A stretch of DNA of 62,277 bases, from positions 248,001 through 310,277 of the forward strand of contig NW_027271651.1 of NCBI RefSeq assembly GCF_040938485.1. Direction: 5' to 3'. The stretch is from Diadema antillarum (taxonomy: Eukaryota). The position numbers and the translations under genes were made by a program. Under the pieces are notes generated by a model. The model worked only from the letters and a program-made list of their open reading frames with translations. It did not search any database and was not told the origin of the DNA. Of this stretch, positions 11,477 through 24,440 are shown piece by piece (positions within the stretch are counted from its first letter, which is position 1; every line of letters begins with the position of its first letter).

Positions 11477-14400
11477 GGTATCAACTGATGGGTCCGGACA
11501 ATCATTAAAACAGTCAAACATTTCCTGTCAGCATAGTAGGACTTCATCACAATAAGCAGGTTAATAAAAACAAGACTATCTCAGTTATCCTACAAAATCG
11601 CTACTGACGTAAACGAGTGAACACTGTTGTCTATTTATTACTTGAAAAATTTCAAAAAGATATTTCCAAAATTACATCCAACATTGATCTTATCACCTCC
11701 CCTTCTTTTGACAGCATGGGTTTATGCTGCAAAGTCAACCAATCAAATCAGAACAAGACGCGATGTCTGTTTTTTGATCTTCCTCCTCCCTCCCTTCCTT
11801 CTCTCCACCGCTCAGCTCTTCATCCATCCTCTCGAATTACAACGCTCCTGTAAGCGATATCAGTATTTAAAGCCGCCCTGTTCGTGATAAAGTCAGCCGC
11901 AATGATAATGCAAAGTGCTATTATTTTATCACCGATTTATGTTATTTATATTTCAATCTGAACTTTTCCCCTATGCACTTATTTCTTATCCCATTTAACA
12001 TATTCCTCATGAGTTGCATTTCAACAATTGGTGACGCAATAGTTAACTACTGCCTGGCTGAAAAAATATAATGTATTAAATATTGCACAGATTCTCGTAG
12101 ACATCTTCCCTTGTGTGGGTTTAGAGTTGTTTTAGTACATGTAGATTGTCTTCTTTCCGAATTGATATGAAAATGTGAATTTTCATAAGCTTTTCATATA
12201 CTTTGTGACACACAAGTTCAATTAACATTGTACAACAAAGTGTAACTACGTTTCCGATTGTGGCTTGCACAGAGGTTACATGGAAAAACGTCCGTGCCTA
12301 CACACCTACGCGAAGGCAAATCGAATACACACGCACGAGCATTCATGGTCTATCTAATGGCTCTCTCTTTCCTTCACTTGATGAGGTATGCTCTTCTTTT
12401 TTCACAAAGATTAAGGCTCTTCTTCAACATATTCTTTTTTCAAACATTTTATACGCCAGACAAAACATTATTTGTGGACTCAAATTTATGGTGCACTATA
12501 AAATAAGAACAGGAAGTGAAAACGTATGACAGTCTCTGCATAATTCCACCGTAAAAAGAAGTTTTCTATTTTGATGGTCTGTTGAGAATATCGCATATCT
12601 GTGTATATTGTGTAGGCTTGCGATACGCACTGTGATGTAGAATTTTCTGTTAGTTTGAGAAGGATTTTAACATACTAATACAAAAGGGGCAAGTCTGTAA
12701 TCTTGAGTGAGTAAACAAACCGAGGCAAACAGAAAAAAAAATGTAATAGCATCAGTAAGTGTTTGTATAAATTATCTATACCCTGTTGAGGAACACTTCG
12801 TGGTAAGATGGAGTAGTGTTGTTTTAACGTTTTCCAGACCCGTAATTCTTAACGAATTTTAGCCAATGCCATTTGGAGTTTCGTGTACATGTATTTACAA
12901 CCGAAAATAAACACAGAACTAACAATGGGATATAGTTCCGTGGTTGTGCAGATTTCTTTAAAAATAATTGCGTTTGGTCGTTCATTAAATAATATAGGCA
13001 ATTTAATATTGATTTCCGTCAAAGATATTCTGGAGAACCGGAAGCTTCTCAAAAGTTCCCTCAGCTTGCTTTTTTTCCTGGCAGTATTTCAAGTGAAAAT
13101 ACCGTTCGTATAAACTAAAAGCATGGGCCTTACTCGCCCCCAAATGCTCTTGTGTCATATAAGTAATCACTCATTGAAAGTTTTTAGACTACACCTGAAA
13201 ATGCGTGGGTAGATGAGGATATTGATAGAGATTATACTTCCTTTACAAGTTTGTTTTCAGCAAGCAAATAAGGGAGAAATTATCGAATTCTGGCTGCTGC
13301 GCGGGGCTCCACTTTCCGCACTATTTTCTTTTCTCCTCGTGAAATACAATCATAGTCAATTCGTGAATCCAAACATTCACTCGCAATCGACGAGTTTTCT
13401 GCCGAGCGTCAACAACAGACTTATAATCGGCTGTCTATTAAAAGTATCAATGACATGAAAGTTGCTTTGCAATCACTTTCTACTCAATAAGAAGATAACG
13501 GACAAGCCTTTATGCTTTTTTTTTCTCTCCATCTATTCGATACAGGCACTGCAAGTACCAGGGTCAGGGTCGTCTGGTTGATTTCCTGGCCGTTTTGTGG
13601 GGATTAGCAAAGCAAAGGACAACCGTCATGTGCATGCTATTCGTGCCAAGCGCAGTAAACTCCCATAATTCCCACACATCTGCCATCGGTGCTCACGACC
13701 TTCACGTTTAAGTCTACTGGATAACGGTGAAAAGGGTTACACGACACGCAAACGCATCCGTGGGACTAGCAAGTCATTGCCGCTGTCAGATTAAGGTGGG
13801 AGAGGTACAATACCGCCCCTGCAGAGGACAGATTAGCTAAGGTTGTGACACATTTCTCGATCAATATCTTCTGCGCTATTAGTATTCGTGTCCCGTTTGA
13901 CAATAGAGTCTCGGTCAGAGTCGCAAAACCAGGCAAAGGAAGTGCCTTCTTTCGATCAAAGTTCAGAGTAGGGGGTGAGAACCACGAAATAAAATACAAT
14001 CAGGTGGTCGAACAATTTCTGTAAGGTTAAAGGTGTACTAATTCTCAAATTGACTGTATTGAATAAAAGTAAGTTCAAATAAGCAGGCAGAATTAAGTCA
14101 AAATCTTAAAAAGATAATGCAGAGTTTTAAGTTCGGATGTTTTCACTGAACGGAGATATCATTTGAAACGAAAATCAGGATTAGATGAAGACTAGGTAAT
14201 ATAATGCTGCATCCTTACAACTAATCTGCCTAGTGATTGCAAACAAAAGTTCACTAATTTTCTTTTTTATTACAAAAAAACAAACAAAGAAGAAGTTCAA
14301 ACATTTCATCGTCAAATCAAAACAAATAAGCATCAAGTTATCATGTAATTGTAATGATTTAGCTATAGCGATCTAAGTCAATATGAGATTGCTAAATTAC

Positions 14401-14593
14401 TTTTGATATTTGAAAAAAAAATATATGATTTTATGTTTTTATAAACACACCTGTGGCAAAGTATTCGAGGCTATGGCATCACCGCCATGCCTGCAAAGGT
14501 ATTGCGGCTATAGGCCTATTACTGTTTACTGCTTTCTTTCCAAATAGGGCAAAAGTCGCCAGAGAACTTAAAATAAACGATGCAACGATGATT

Positions 14594-14639
<46 letters not shown>

Positions 14640-14785
14640 GTGCCAAAATGTAGAACGGTCTTCCAGACAATACAGTTTCCAGACAATGAATTAAAACAAA
14701 ACGCATCTATGTTTGAAAAGACGATGAATATATTATACAGTAATCTTCTGCATTGAACATGTTGAAGATTGTATGTTATCCTTTT

Positions 14786-14816
<31 letters not shown>

Positions 14817-14926
14817 GGTCGTTGCGTAACCTGAATTCATAATTGGTTTAATTTTCTTTGGTTTTTATTACGTGATTCTGTATGGTTTGATTTTGCCTTT
14901 TTGTCTGCTGAACAATTTACATAGTG

Positions 14927-14981
<55 letters not shown>

Positions 14982-16126
14982 TCAATGTGTGATTTTTAAA
15001 CTATACACGGTCTCACAGAAGAACAGCCATTAGCTGAAGGAAGTGAACGCTGGTGAAATGAAATGAAATAAACTCAACTCAACCCAACAAACAGCATGAT
15101 CAAGAGAGAAAGAACGATTCTCAGATACAAATCACGCTCTCCCTAAGCTCATGGAGAAGACACACAGCCCCTCCCCCCCCCCCACACACACACACAAACA
15201 CACAAACAGACAAATTTCCAGCATCAAGGTTGTTGGGATTTCATTATATTAGGTGAAGTATCATAAGTTTGTGTTATAACATAAAATCCAAGGGATATAC
15301 TAGTATGTGTTCGATGACGAATAACCAGTGTGATTATGATCCAATTATGGGAAATATAGATCTACAGCAGGCCTACTCACTCACGCTAGCGTACGCGCGC
15401 GCGCACACACACACACACACTCACTCAGTTTATCATATTCTGTAATATTCGAATTTTGTTCAATATCATCATCGTGTTCACAATGAGACAAACATACAAC
15501 TATTGTATGTATATCATACAAACAAACAAAAAGGTTTGTACAAAAACGTACGAATATGTATGCAACAGTCTTACAACACAAAATCAGACGTAAGCCTTAC
15601 AATGCAAAATTCATCTTAATCACTCACACACACATACACACGCACACACTCAAACTAACGACAAGAGTCTTGACCAAGACTACCACATCTAGTCATCACT
15701 CTGTTTCTCAAACGCTCATGGGAAGGCAGTATGTCGTCAGCCAGATAGCGAACACACCACCATAGCTGATCACTTCCGCAGAGAGGTTCCTGAACCGACT
15801 CATCGGGTGCTCTGTTTGCTGACACAACTGACAGAAATATGGACCCGCTGTGGGAACAACACGACAATAGGTTATAGATCATGATGCAGGGGGGAAGCTT
15901 CACCATTGTGGTCAATATTCATGGACGCACAAATTGATAGAGTCATTATACATTATGCTTGTAATGTTGTACATAGAGATCACATGAACATGAAATACAG
16001 AAAATGTTATGAGGAAGGCAACTATCAGACTTCCTATATACGCTGTCCAAATTACCACGTAACAATTCATAACGCTTGTAAACACCAGGACCACAAAATA
16101 CTTTTCGTCTTTGTTTTCATCGTTAA

Positions 16127-16235
16127 CAGGGGCGGATGCAGGAATTTCGGAAAGGGGGGGGGGCGCAAAATAAGAAAAAACTAAAAAAAAAAGGGGGGCG
16201 CGCGCCTGTTGCACCCCCAAATAGATTCGCCACTG
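16127..16235. mobile_element. GC-rich short TIR MITE with 5-bp TSD
   Basis: CAGGGGCGGAT ... ATTCGCCACTG, flanked by GTTAA (16122-26) and GTTAA (16236-40). Confidence 0.85.
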
Positions 16236-16814
16236 GTTAATGATGTCGGAAGTTTTGTAAGTGGCTACAAACTATTCTTCTCACCATCTAACCGACCTTA
16301 CTATTTCTGTGAGTTTCCGAAGGTGTAGAGGCTCTATAGTTTTACTTTGTCTTTGAACATTACGCCCATGAAATGATCGGATTGGTCGAAAGACTTAAAT
16401 GTGGGTAAAGCGTGACGGCGGTAGAATAGGACAAAACCTACCTGGCGTTGAAGGGAAATGACGTTTTTGGTCTCTACAATCTTGACAACTGACCGGAAAT
16501 GATCGTGGCATTTCCTGCAGGACTCCAGCAAAACATACACACACAAACACACGCATATATATACACACACAGCCATACACACATCACACACATATACACA
16601 CATACACACACAGAAATTCATTCTCCCTGAAGAATAGCGTGTAATGATCTTTTCTTAATGACGCAATCGAACAAATTGTGCAACTAATCGGTATGACTTA
16701 TTCTCTCTTTTATCTGATGATTACCAATTGTGGGTAGGACCTACATACTGACTTGACAGAACTGACCACATTTCATTCACAGAGAACTCGATATATTGAA
16801 AAGGAATTTATCAA

Positions 16815-17269
16815 AGGGATGACATTGTATTGGTAGAGGTGAGGATTCAGCCTTTAACATTTTGCAAGGTACGTAAAAAGCACTTTACGAAATGCTAAAG
16901 GGCATACAATTCTACGAGGAATTTAAAGTTCATTTGAGGTATCGAAAAACAAAGCAAAACAACGCGTTCATAATAAAGGGTGGGTCCCACCTTTTATTAG
17001 TATTGCTTTGTTTTGGATATCTCAGCGATTTCAAAGTTTATTTGACGAAGTTAACAAAGCGTTCCCGATAAAAGGTGGATTGTTTTTGATATCTCAGTGA
17101 TTTTGATACCAATTTTTCATCTTGATGAACTTTGATTTCTTCTCAGAAGTATAATTATTACACTCTGTCAAATTCCATAAGAGGTTTCTCATTATCTAAA
17201 GAATTAGCATATTGCAAAAAAAACCCTACAAACCTGTAGCACCATCTCAACTGAAACTGTACCATCCCT
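16815..17269. mobile_element. Older copy of the Kolobok-like foldback MITE at 38613
   Basis: AGGGATG...CATCCCT termini with degenerate flanks (TCAA/TCAT). Central palindrome TAATAAAGGGTGGG-T-CCCACCTTTTATTA (16971-16999) followed by TTTTGGATATCTCAGC, as at 38800. Confidence 0.7.
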
Positions 17270-18241
17270 TCATCAAAGAACCACAAAAATAGTGTAGAGA
17301 CAACATTGTTCTAAATGAGATTACGATGACGTGATAGTAATTAACTTGTTCCTTCCTTTCAATCAAAAGAAAAACATCAAACTTATTTTTATTATTAACT
17401 TTATCGGAAGGCAATGATAAAGCTTTCTTTTCTGTGTGATTCATGTACTTCCTTGTGTATGTTTGTAGGGCGGGATCCGTTTTGCTGTGTGTAGATCAAT
17501 CCACAGCGACCTTTTTTTTATTACTATGAGTTCCCGAAGACAAAAAAAAAAAAAAGCGAGACGAGACGTAGTAAAACTTAACCACCGGAACAATTTCAGC
17601 CACTTCTATATTTCAGCCAGTTCCCCGTCTGTATGGTGCTACTCTCATGGAAATCATACGACAATTTGGATTTCCATGCAGTCATTGGTTTGTTGGTTTG
17701 TCGATTTGTTTGTTTGTTTGTTTGTTTGTGTGTGTGTGTGTGTTTTTTTTTTTGGGGGGGGGCGTAAGGTGCGTCTCATGTCTAAATAGCTTGTTTTACT
17801 TTGCTCAACCAACGTCATGATTCACCACTGCGTATTTAAAATCAATTTAGGCATTCAACCGACATATAGGCCTTGCCACATACACACAGACACGCATATC
17901 CACACACACACACACGCACACACACACACACACAGATAGACAGACAGACAGACAGACACACAGACACACACATACATGCGAAGGTTAAAGAACGATTACG
18001 ATTAACACCACACTTTAGCTCTATTAAAATCACTGCCTCGAAAAGCAAAAGACCCTATCAACCGACAACAAGTCGTCGATGGAACAATATTGAGTTATCT
18101 CAGCTTCTAAATCACTGATACAGGATTCCTCTCCTCGGGACACGGGGGAAAAGAGGTTGATTCGAAGTCTCATTACGAGTGCAGATGTTGAATCCCTTTA
18201 ATTATTACCACCATTTTTGCAATAATTGGTGATTCTTGATA

Positions 18242-18668
18242 GGGTGATGTTCGTAATTCCGAAGGTTCGTTATTCCGAAACACTAAAATTCAAAAAACCT
18301 AGATGTTCGTTAATTTAAAAATGAAATGGGGTTCGTTAATCCGAACTTTCTGTGACGCTATTCTGAAGGTTCGTTATTCCGAAGGTACGTTAATCCGAAG
18401 ATGAAATATGGTTCGTTATTCCACAGGTTCTTTAATCCGAAAAGAAAATGAGGCTCGTTATTCTGAAAGTTCATTCTTATTCCGAAAATAAAATAAGATT
18501 CGTTACTCCGAATGTACATTTATCCAAAAATGATATAAGGTTCCGAAAATGAGAAGAAGTTGCAAATATCAATGGATTTTCACAAAAAGGAATCATACTT
18601 CGTTATGGGATTAACGAACATTATTTCATCTTCGGATTAACGAAACTTCGGAATAACGAACAGTAACC
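18242..18668. mobile_element. TA-flanked MITE built from TTCGTTA(T/A)TCCGAA subterminal repeats
   Basis: TA-GGGTGATGTTCGTAATTCCGAAG ... CTTCGGAATAACGAACAGTAACC-TA, with many internal copies of the TTCGTTATTCCGAA motif. Confidence 0.75.
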
Positions 18669-19054
18669 TATTCTTATATGATTATTGATATCTTTACCAT
18701 ATGGTTATATGAAGAGTATTTCATGGGGAAATTGTAAAAAACAAAAATTATATATAGAGAAGGATTATGTACTACACGATGTGAAGTTTTAAAATTTTCC
18801 TTTAATGATATTTTGTTCATGATATTGTTTAAAAAAAAAAGTTTAACAGTTTCTGTAAAAGCAATAACAGCTGGATATCAAGATGTTAGAATAGGTCCTT
18901 GTCTGTAAGTTATCAAATTGCGAAATGACCTGAGTAAGCATTCTAAATTACTTGGTTGTGCCATCATTTTGTGTTTGATCAAAATTCTCTAATAGCTGCT
19001 TGCATCAAATGATGTAAATTCCCCCTTCAAAATATATAATACACAGGAATCAAA

Positions 19055-19424
19055 GGAGGTCTCGGGTTCGAATCCCGATGAAAACCCATTTTCTTTGCTC
19101 AAAGTTTCGCTATTTATTATTACAATTGCTTCTGGTCAGTTTTTCCTTCATTGTTTCAAAATATATTACAAAAAGCTGCATCGCTTCGGCGATCCCTCAC
19201 ATTTATTCCAAAGTTGATTTACATCATTTGGGTTTATGTCAGGTTAATGTGTGTGTGTGGCACACATACACACACTGTACTAGTAGCTTCTGACCACACG
19301 AGCAAAGAGAGTTAAGGGTTTGGGACGAACACCGATCTAGGGCTTTCAATAGCTCAGTCGGTAGAGCACCGGTCTAGTAATCCGGAGGTCTCGGGTTCGA
19401 ATCCCGATGAAAACCCATTTTCTT
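19055..19424 (+). repeat. Head-to-tail tandem repeat (period 329 bp) containing a tRNA-derived head, running into a gap
   Basis: GGAGGTCTCGGGTTCGAATCCCGATGAAAACCCATTTTCTT occurs at 19055 and again at 19384. The N gap begins at 19425. Confidence 0.8.
19342..19417 (+). tRNA. tRNA-Thr(AGT)-like sequence, probably a SINE head or pseudogene
   Basis: A box TAGCTCAGTCGG, D stem GCTC/GAGC, anticodon arm CCGGT-CTAGTAA-TCCGG (one T:T mismatch) and T arm TCGGG-TTCGAAT-CCCGA. The acceptor stem GCTTTCA/TGAAAAC has a C:A mismatch and one extra A. TTTT follows at 19418. Confidence 0.6.
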
Positions 19425-20949
19425 NNNNNNNNNNNNNNNNNNNNNNNNNNNNNNNNNNNNNNNNNNNNNNNNNNNNNNNNNNNNNNNNNNNNNNNNNNNN
19501 NNNNNNNNNNNNNNNNNNNNNNNNNNNNNNNNNNNNNNNNNNNNNNNNNNNNNNGTTGTGTAATAAAAGCCACATTTACGTGAGCTAGGCGACGAGTTTG
19601 ATGTATCACGGAAATCAGAGGCATTATTTACCATTTGCAGATGAAACAAAAGCAGAGCTGTATATCACTTCAAAATAGTTCTAAAATTTGAACAACAGTT
19701 ATCAATTTTTTTTCCTACACTAAACCATCTATACAGTTATAGTTTAGTAAGAAAAGTAGTGATATCTCCTAATATTTTAGACTTTATTGCGAAATTTTTA
19801 TATGGTGGTTGCTTTGTAATACAACTTCGCCACCTTTTACCTCTCGTTTTTCTTCGCTCATAACAAAACGGTTTACTTCCTCTAACACTCATTCACATTA
19901 AAGTCAATGAGCTTCCAACGCAGTTAAAAGTGCAGATTCATGCGTAATGGCTTTTCCAAAGCGACTTGAATTGATATGACACATGATGTACACAGGACGG
20001 CAAGTTTTGTATTTTCAATCAACGTCAATTCTTCTGTATCTGTCAAGTTTAACGGAGAATTTCTTTTCAAATTCCGCTGATTTTTCTTCCTATAAGTGTT
20101 CAATACCTCTAGTTGTATGGACTCAATGGTAGTCTTGTTTAATCTCTCTTGCAGATGCAACGTTATCAATTGAGATTCGTTCTGACGTTCCTTGCTGAAG
20201 TTTGCAGTTGGTTTCGTGAGATCTTCATGATACAAAAAGAGGGTTTGTATTCAAATCTCATCTTTGTATAATCTGTGACATATTTCACTTTCCATTCCCT
20301 TTTTCAGTCGTCAAAGAGAAGACACCACAAATAAGAATCCATGCACTGACATAGACTAACCAAGTAAGACGAAAAGTAGGGAAGACGAAATAAGACGAAA
20401 AGTAACACTTGGTAAGTATACGGATTCGTGGAGGAATATCAAGCCACCTACAGTCCGTTGCCCCGTGTATTGTTATCGGTGTAAGCATATTCGCCAAACT
20501 TGATCGTCTTATCTTTCCTTTAAATTTGATCATCGAGATCTAATGGATAAACTGCTGTAGAATATTTTTAACCGCATAATTAAAATATAAGATTAAGTCA
20601 TTTAAAAATCAGTTCGAATGTTTTTACACATGTTTCCTCATTGACACACACACACACACATCTGCGACCTTTGGTTGACCGACTCTTGGTAATTATTACT
20701 ATGAGTACAACTTAAGTAGTATTTTGGTTCACGATTTTCCAAACACCCCCCCCCCCACCTCCCCTCACCCCACCCTCAGTCTTATCCCCTCTCTCGTTTC
20801 CTCACTTTACTGCAAATAGAACTTTAACTCTGACATCTCCGGATTAGGCCTCTTGACATAACTGTATTGTTATTTTCATACTCACTCCCCTACCTCCCCC
20901 CCTCCGCGAGATACAGTATATTCTTACACTACTAGTACACCACGCGTGT

Positions 20950-21293
20950 GAGTAAAAAAGAAGAAAGACGTCGTTGCGTTTTGCGTGATCGCTTTTGGCA
21001 GTTCTTACAGCGTGCGTAGGAAGACCCGCATTATTATCGTTGCTGGTTGCAAGTGACGAATAAACGATAGTCCACCTAAGTGAAGATACCGCCTTCTTGA
21101 CGTCAACTTCGCACTACGCTCGCTCAGTGGGACTCTAAATAGAATAGACTGAGCTGATTTCACTTGCCCTTGTAATACGTTATACGTAGTGTCTTTCGCT
21201 AAAACTTAGTGGAAGTAATAACATTTTGTGCCATGGATGGAGTACATGGCAAAGAGGCATACCCATCAATGTTGGAGATAAAGTGAACTGAGC
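20950..21293 (+). promoter_or_regulatory. Candidate CpG-rich promoter and non-coding first exon of the receptor gene
   Basis: Locally CpG-rich, with TGACGTCA at 21098-21105 and a good donor GAGC|GTAAGT at 21294. A matching acceptor TTCATCTATAG| ends at 22361, upstream of ATG 22443. The start coordinate is approximate. Confidence 0.35.
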
Positions 21294-22442
21294 GTAAGTA
21301 GACCTACATCACTCTTTTGCTATCAAAAGTATATCCCATAAAGCTACAGCACTGAGTAAAGATGAACAGTAATTATTTTTGTAGGCAACGATAAAAAAAT
21401 ATATATATATAGTTGCACGGGGTAATTAATGGCTTTTAGAAAATGTTTATATTATTTTCTTTGGCGTCTACTTCTTTATTTATCCGCCAACGTATAACCG
21501 ATTCATTGCGTTTATGTTAGTGCAGCTTTTAAGAATTAATTTACAAGGTAGACATAGTTGAAACATATTATATATCGTAAGGAGAGCGTCGCACAACGTT
21601 GCAATACACAGCTTTTAAATGTCATTACTTCAGGCTCAACGATGTTTTGCAGCGGCGTGTTTTTCTACACGTCATGTCAAATCCATTGAGATGCAATTCT
21701 GAAATACTGGGAAATTTCTAACCAAAAACACATCATTTCAAGGAATTGAACACTGTCATGTGATCACTTTGCCTATTTCTTCCTAAAATAGATGGGGGAA
21801 GTACTTTTTTGTACTTTTGTTGGCTTTTTCCGTTTTGCTTTGTTTTGTTTTGTTCTGTTTTGTTTTGTTTTGTTTTGTTTTGCTCCGTAGACAGTGTCAT
21901 GGGAAATATTATAACAGAAACCAGAGCGCCGGCTTCTGAGTCAAATTGCACAACGAGTTTATGGCCTGATGCGTTGCGGGCTATATAGCATTTGCACACA
22001 ATCATTGACCGTCATTCGCTCCTTTCCGAAATCGAGGAAAATCGAAAGGTTAGCTGGTGGTTATACCTCCCGACTGCAGGCTATTGTTCTTGCATGTATC
22101 GACCAGTGCGAAGCAGACAACCCACACTGCCTCTGCGTCCGGCGGAAAGAGCCGACGTGATTTTGACGCTGAAAGGCATTTTGAATGTCGATGTCACTTT
22201 TTAGGGTGAACGTTTCCAGTTTGAATCAAATTTTGCCACGGAATATCATGGGTTACTGCTATCTATGAGACGTTTTGTGTCGATGTTCCAGCCTTTGGTT
22301 CTTTGACAATTAAGCACTGAAATGTTACCATTCGTGTTTTTTTTATAAAATTCATCTATAGCTATACGTGGGGGGAAGCGGGCAAAAGGAAATCGCATGG
22401 TCTTCACACGCCCATTGGAGCTTTACACGGATAGCATACAGA

Positions 22443-22576
22443 ATGGCTCGGAGTTCTCATGACGCCGTGCTGTTACTGCAACTCCTGTGTTTGATCACCG
22501 GGGGCCTGGCGGCCACGGGGGGTGGTCCACCAGTGGACGACTGGCGGGGCATCTTCTCCAAGTTCATGTGCTCTTA
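22443..22576 (+). CDS. Type I Tyr-motif-rich receptor, coding exon 1 (signal peptide)
   Basis: MARSSHDAVLLLQLLCLITGGLAATGGGPPVDDWRGIFSKFMCS, with a hydrophobic core and small residues at a likely cleavage site. Donor TA|GTAAGT (phase 2). Confidence 0.8.
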
Positions 22577-23610
22577 GTAAGTACCAGTTTCTGTACCAGT
22601 ATAGCGCTTTTCAGCTATTTTTTTTTTCATCGGTGTTATATGCTGCCACTTATTCGTGTGTTGCCAAGTTAGTCTTAATTCACCAAAAGTTATCAGAATT
22701 TGCTATATCTTCGATTTAGATTAATAAAAATGTTCACGTTTCAGAAAGTTGAACAAGTTTCATTCCAGCACAGATACTGAATTCCGTATAAATGCATTAA
22801 AGCTAAGGAAGTCAGGGTTATTAGCAATATGACAACGGGATACCACCGCTGTGGCATTTAACAAGTGACGTCAAGCCAGCACTGTATAAAGGGCATGCGT
22901 TTATCAAGGCAACAAACTATAGACGTGCAACAGCTCAATGACAATAAGATAGCCATAAGCAACCCGCCCGTCCCCATACGAGGGAATACAATATGGCGGA
23001 GGGACTGTTGCTAGGTGAGCTGTACTGTGTTTCCGAGAACACTAGCAGTTTCATACATCATTCGACAAGCACATGACGACCGAGCAAGGTGATCACCTAA
23101 TCCCCGCCCAGATTTGAGGGAAGTGAAAAACTTTAGGTAGCCCCATATACCCAATGTCAGTAGACCTTAATCATAGGACTTTGGGCGAGAGGCCAAGAAA
23201 CTAGCGCGAATTGCTCATCCCTGCATAACGAAGAGCAAAACTGACATTTAGTTGCCTCTGGTTATCCACTAGGGACAACAACAACAACAACAATACAACA
23301 ATAACAGCAGCAAAAAAGACATCAAAATAGAATAGAGAAAATGCTAATAAGAATAATGACGCTAAAATTGCTGCGATTTTGTTGTGTTATGTTTTGTTTT
23401 TGTTTTGTTTTGTGTGTGTCTGTATGTGTTTGTGACTAATTGCACTCCGCTAACGTAATTTTTGGGTTCTTTGCGAGCTTTCCTGTGTGGTTAAGAGAGG
23501 GAAGGATATTTTGTATTAGACCAGCTCCGGGTCTGTGTTGATCGACTGGGAAGTAACGAGAAAAAAAAAGAGGTAAAAATGATGGAGAGATGTAGAAAGG
23601 AGAGAAAAAC

Positions 23611-23641
<31 letters not shown>

Positions 23642-24396
23642 GAAGGAGAAACAGAGAGATAAACGTACATCTGTTTGTTCGTTTTACGCCATCATTAATG
23701 ATAGCGGGATGTAATTTTGAATGTTTTCAGTGCAGGTGAAATAATGGTTCATGACCATTCCTAAATAGGTGTCTTCTCTGCATAGTGCTTCATTGAATAG
23801 ACCATACATAAACACATATTATACCCTTATAATGTACGTCTCATTTTGTCCGTCACAGACAGTCAATGTTGTTAACCAATTTTACTTGAGCTGGAGAAAA
23901 ACCGGGTTATGAGTTCATCTATGATTCATGCCATTTCCCCTTGGCAACGATAAGGGAAGCGGCGGTGGACGCGTGGATCAGTGTCAAAATTGTTGACCAC
24001 ATTACCGATGACTATGATCGCGGTGCGAAGCCGTGGAGCACAAATGCGCAAATTCATTCTAATTCCCCAAATTCAACCCATTCGAATTTTACCAGAGTGC
24101 CTGTTGACCTGTTAATTCGTGTGATACATGCAATATCCCCCTCCCACGCCCACACAAACTGTATCATACTATAGGCATAAACATTGAATATCTATAACTA
24201 TCGCATGTTATGTCTACTTAAGAAAATATGAAATTTATACAATATAGAAATAGATAAATTATGAGATAAAGAGATGGAAATATGAATTAACACGTCTATT
24301 ACATATTTTGTTTGTTTAAAAGGAAGTATGTTGGTTATATAGGCTCTCCCTTCCATTCAGCTACTTACTATGCATTCGGGAAGAGTTCAATGTTAT

Positions 24397-24440
<44 letters not shown>

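Noticed and set aside
13770-14025. ~85-codon Met-less open frame on the + strand (QVIAAVRLRWERYNTAPAED...)
   Set aside because: No flanking splice sites linking it to a gene model and no recognisable motif.
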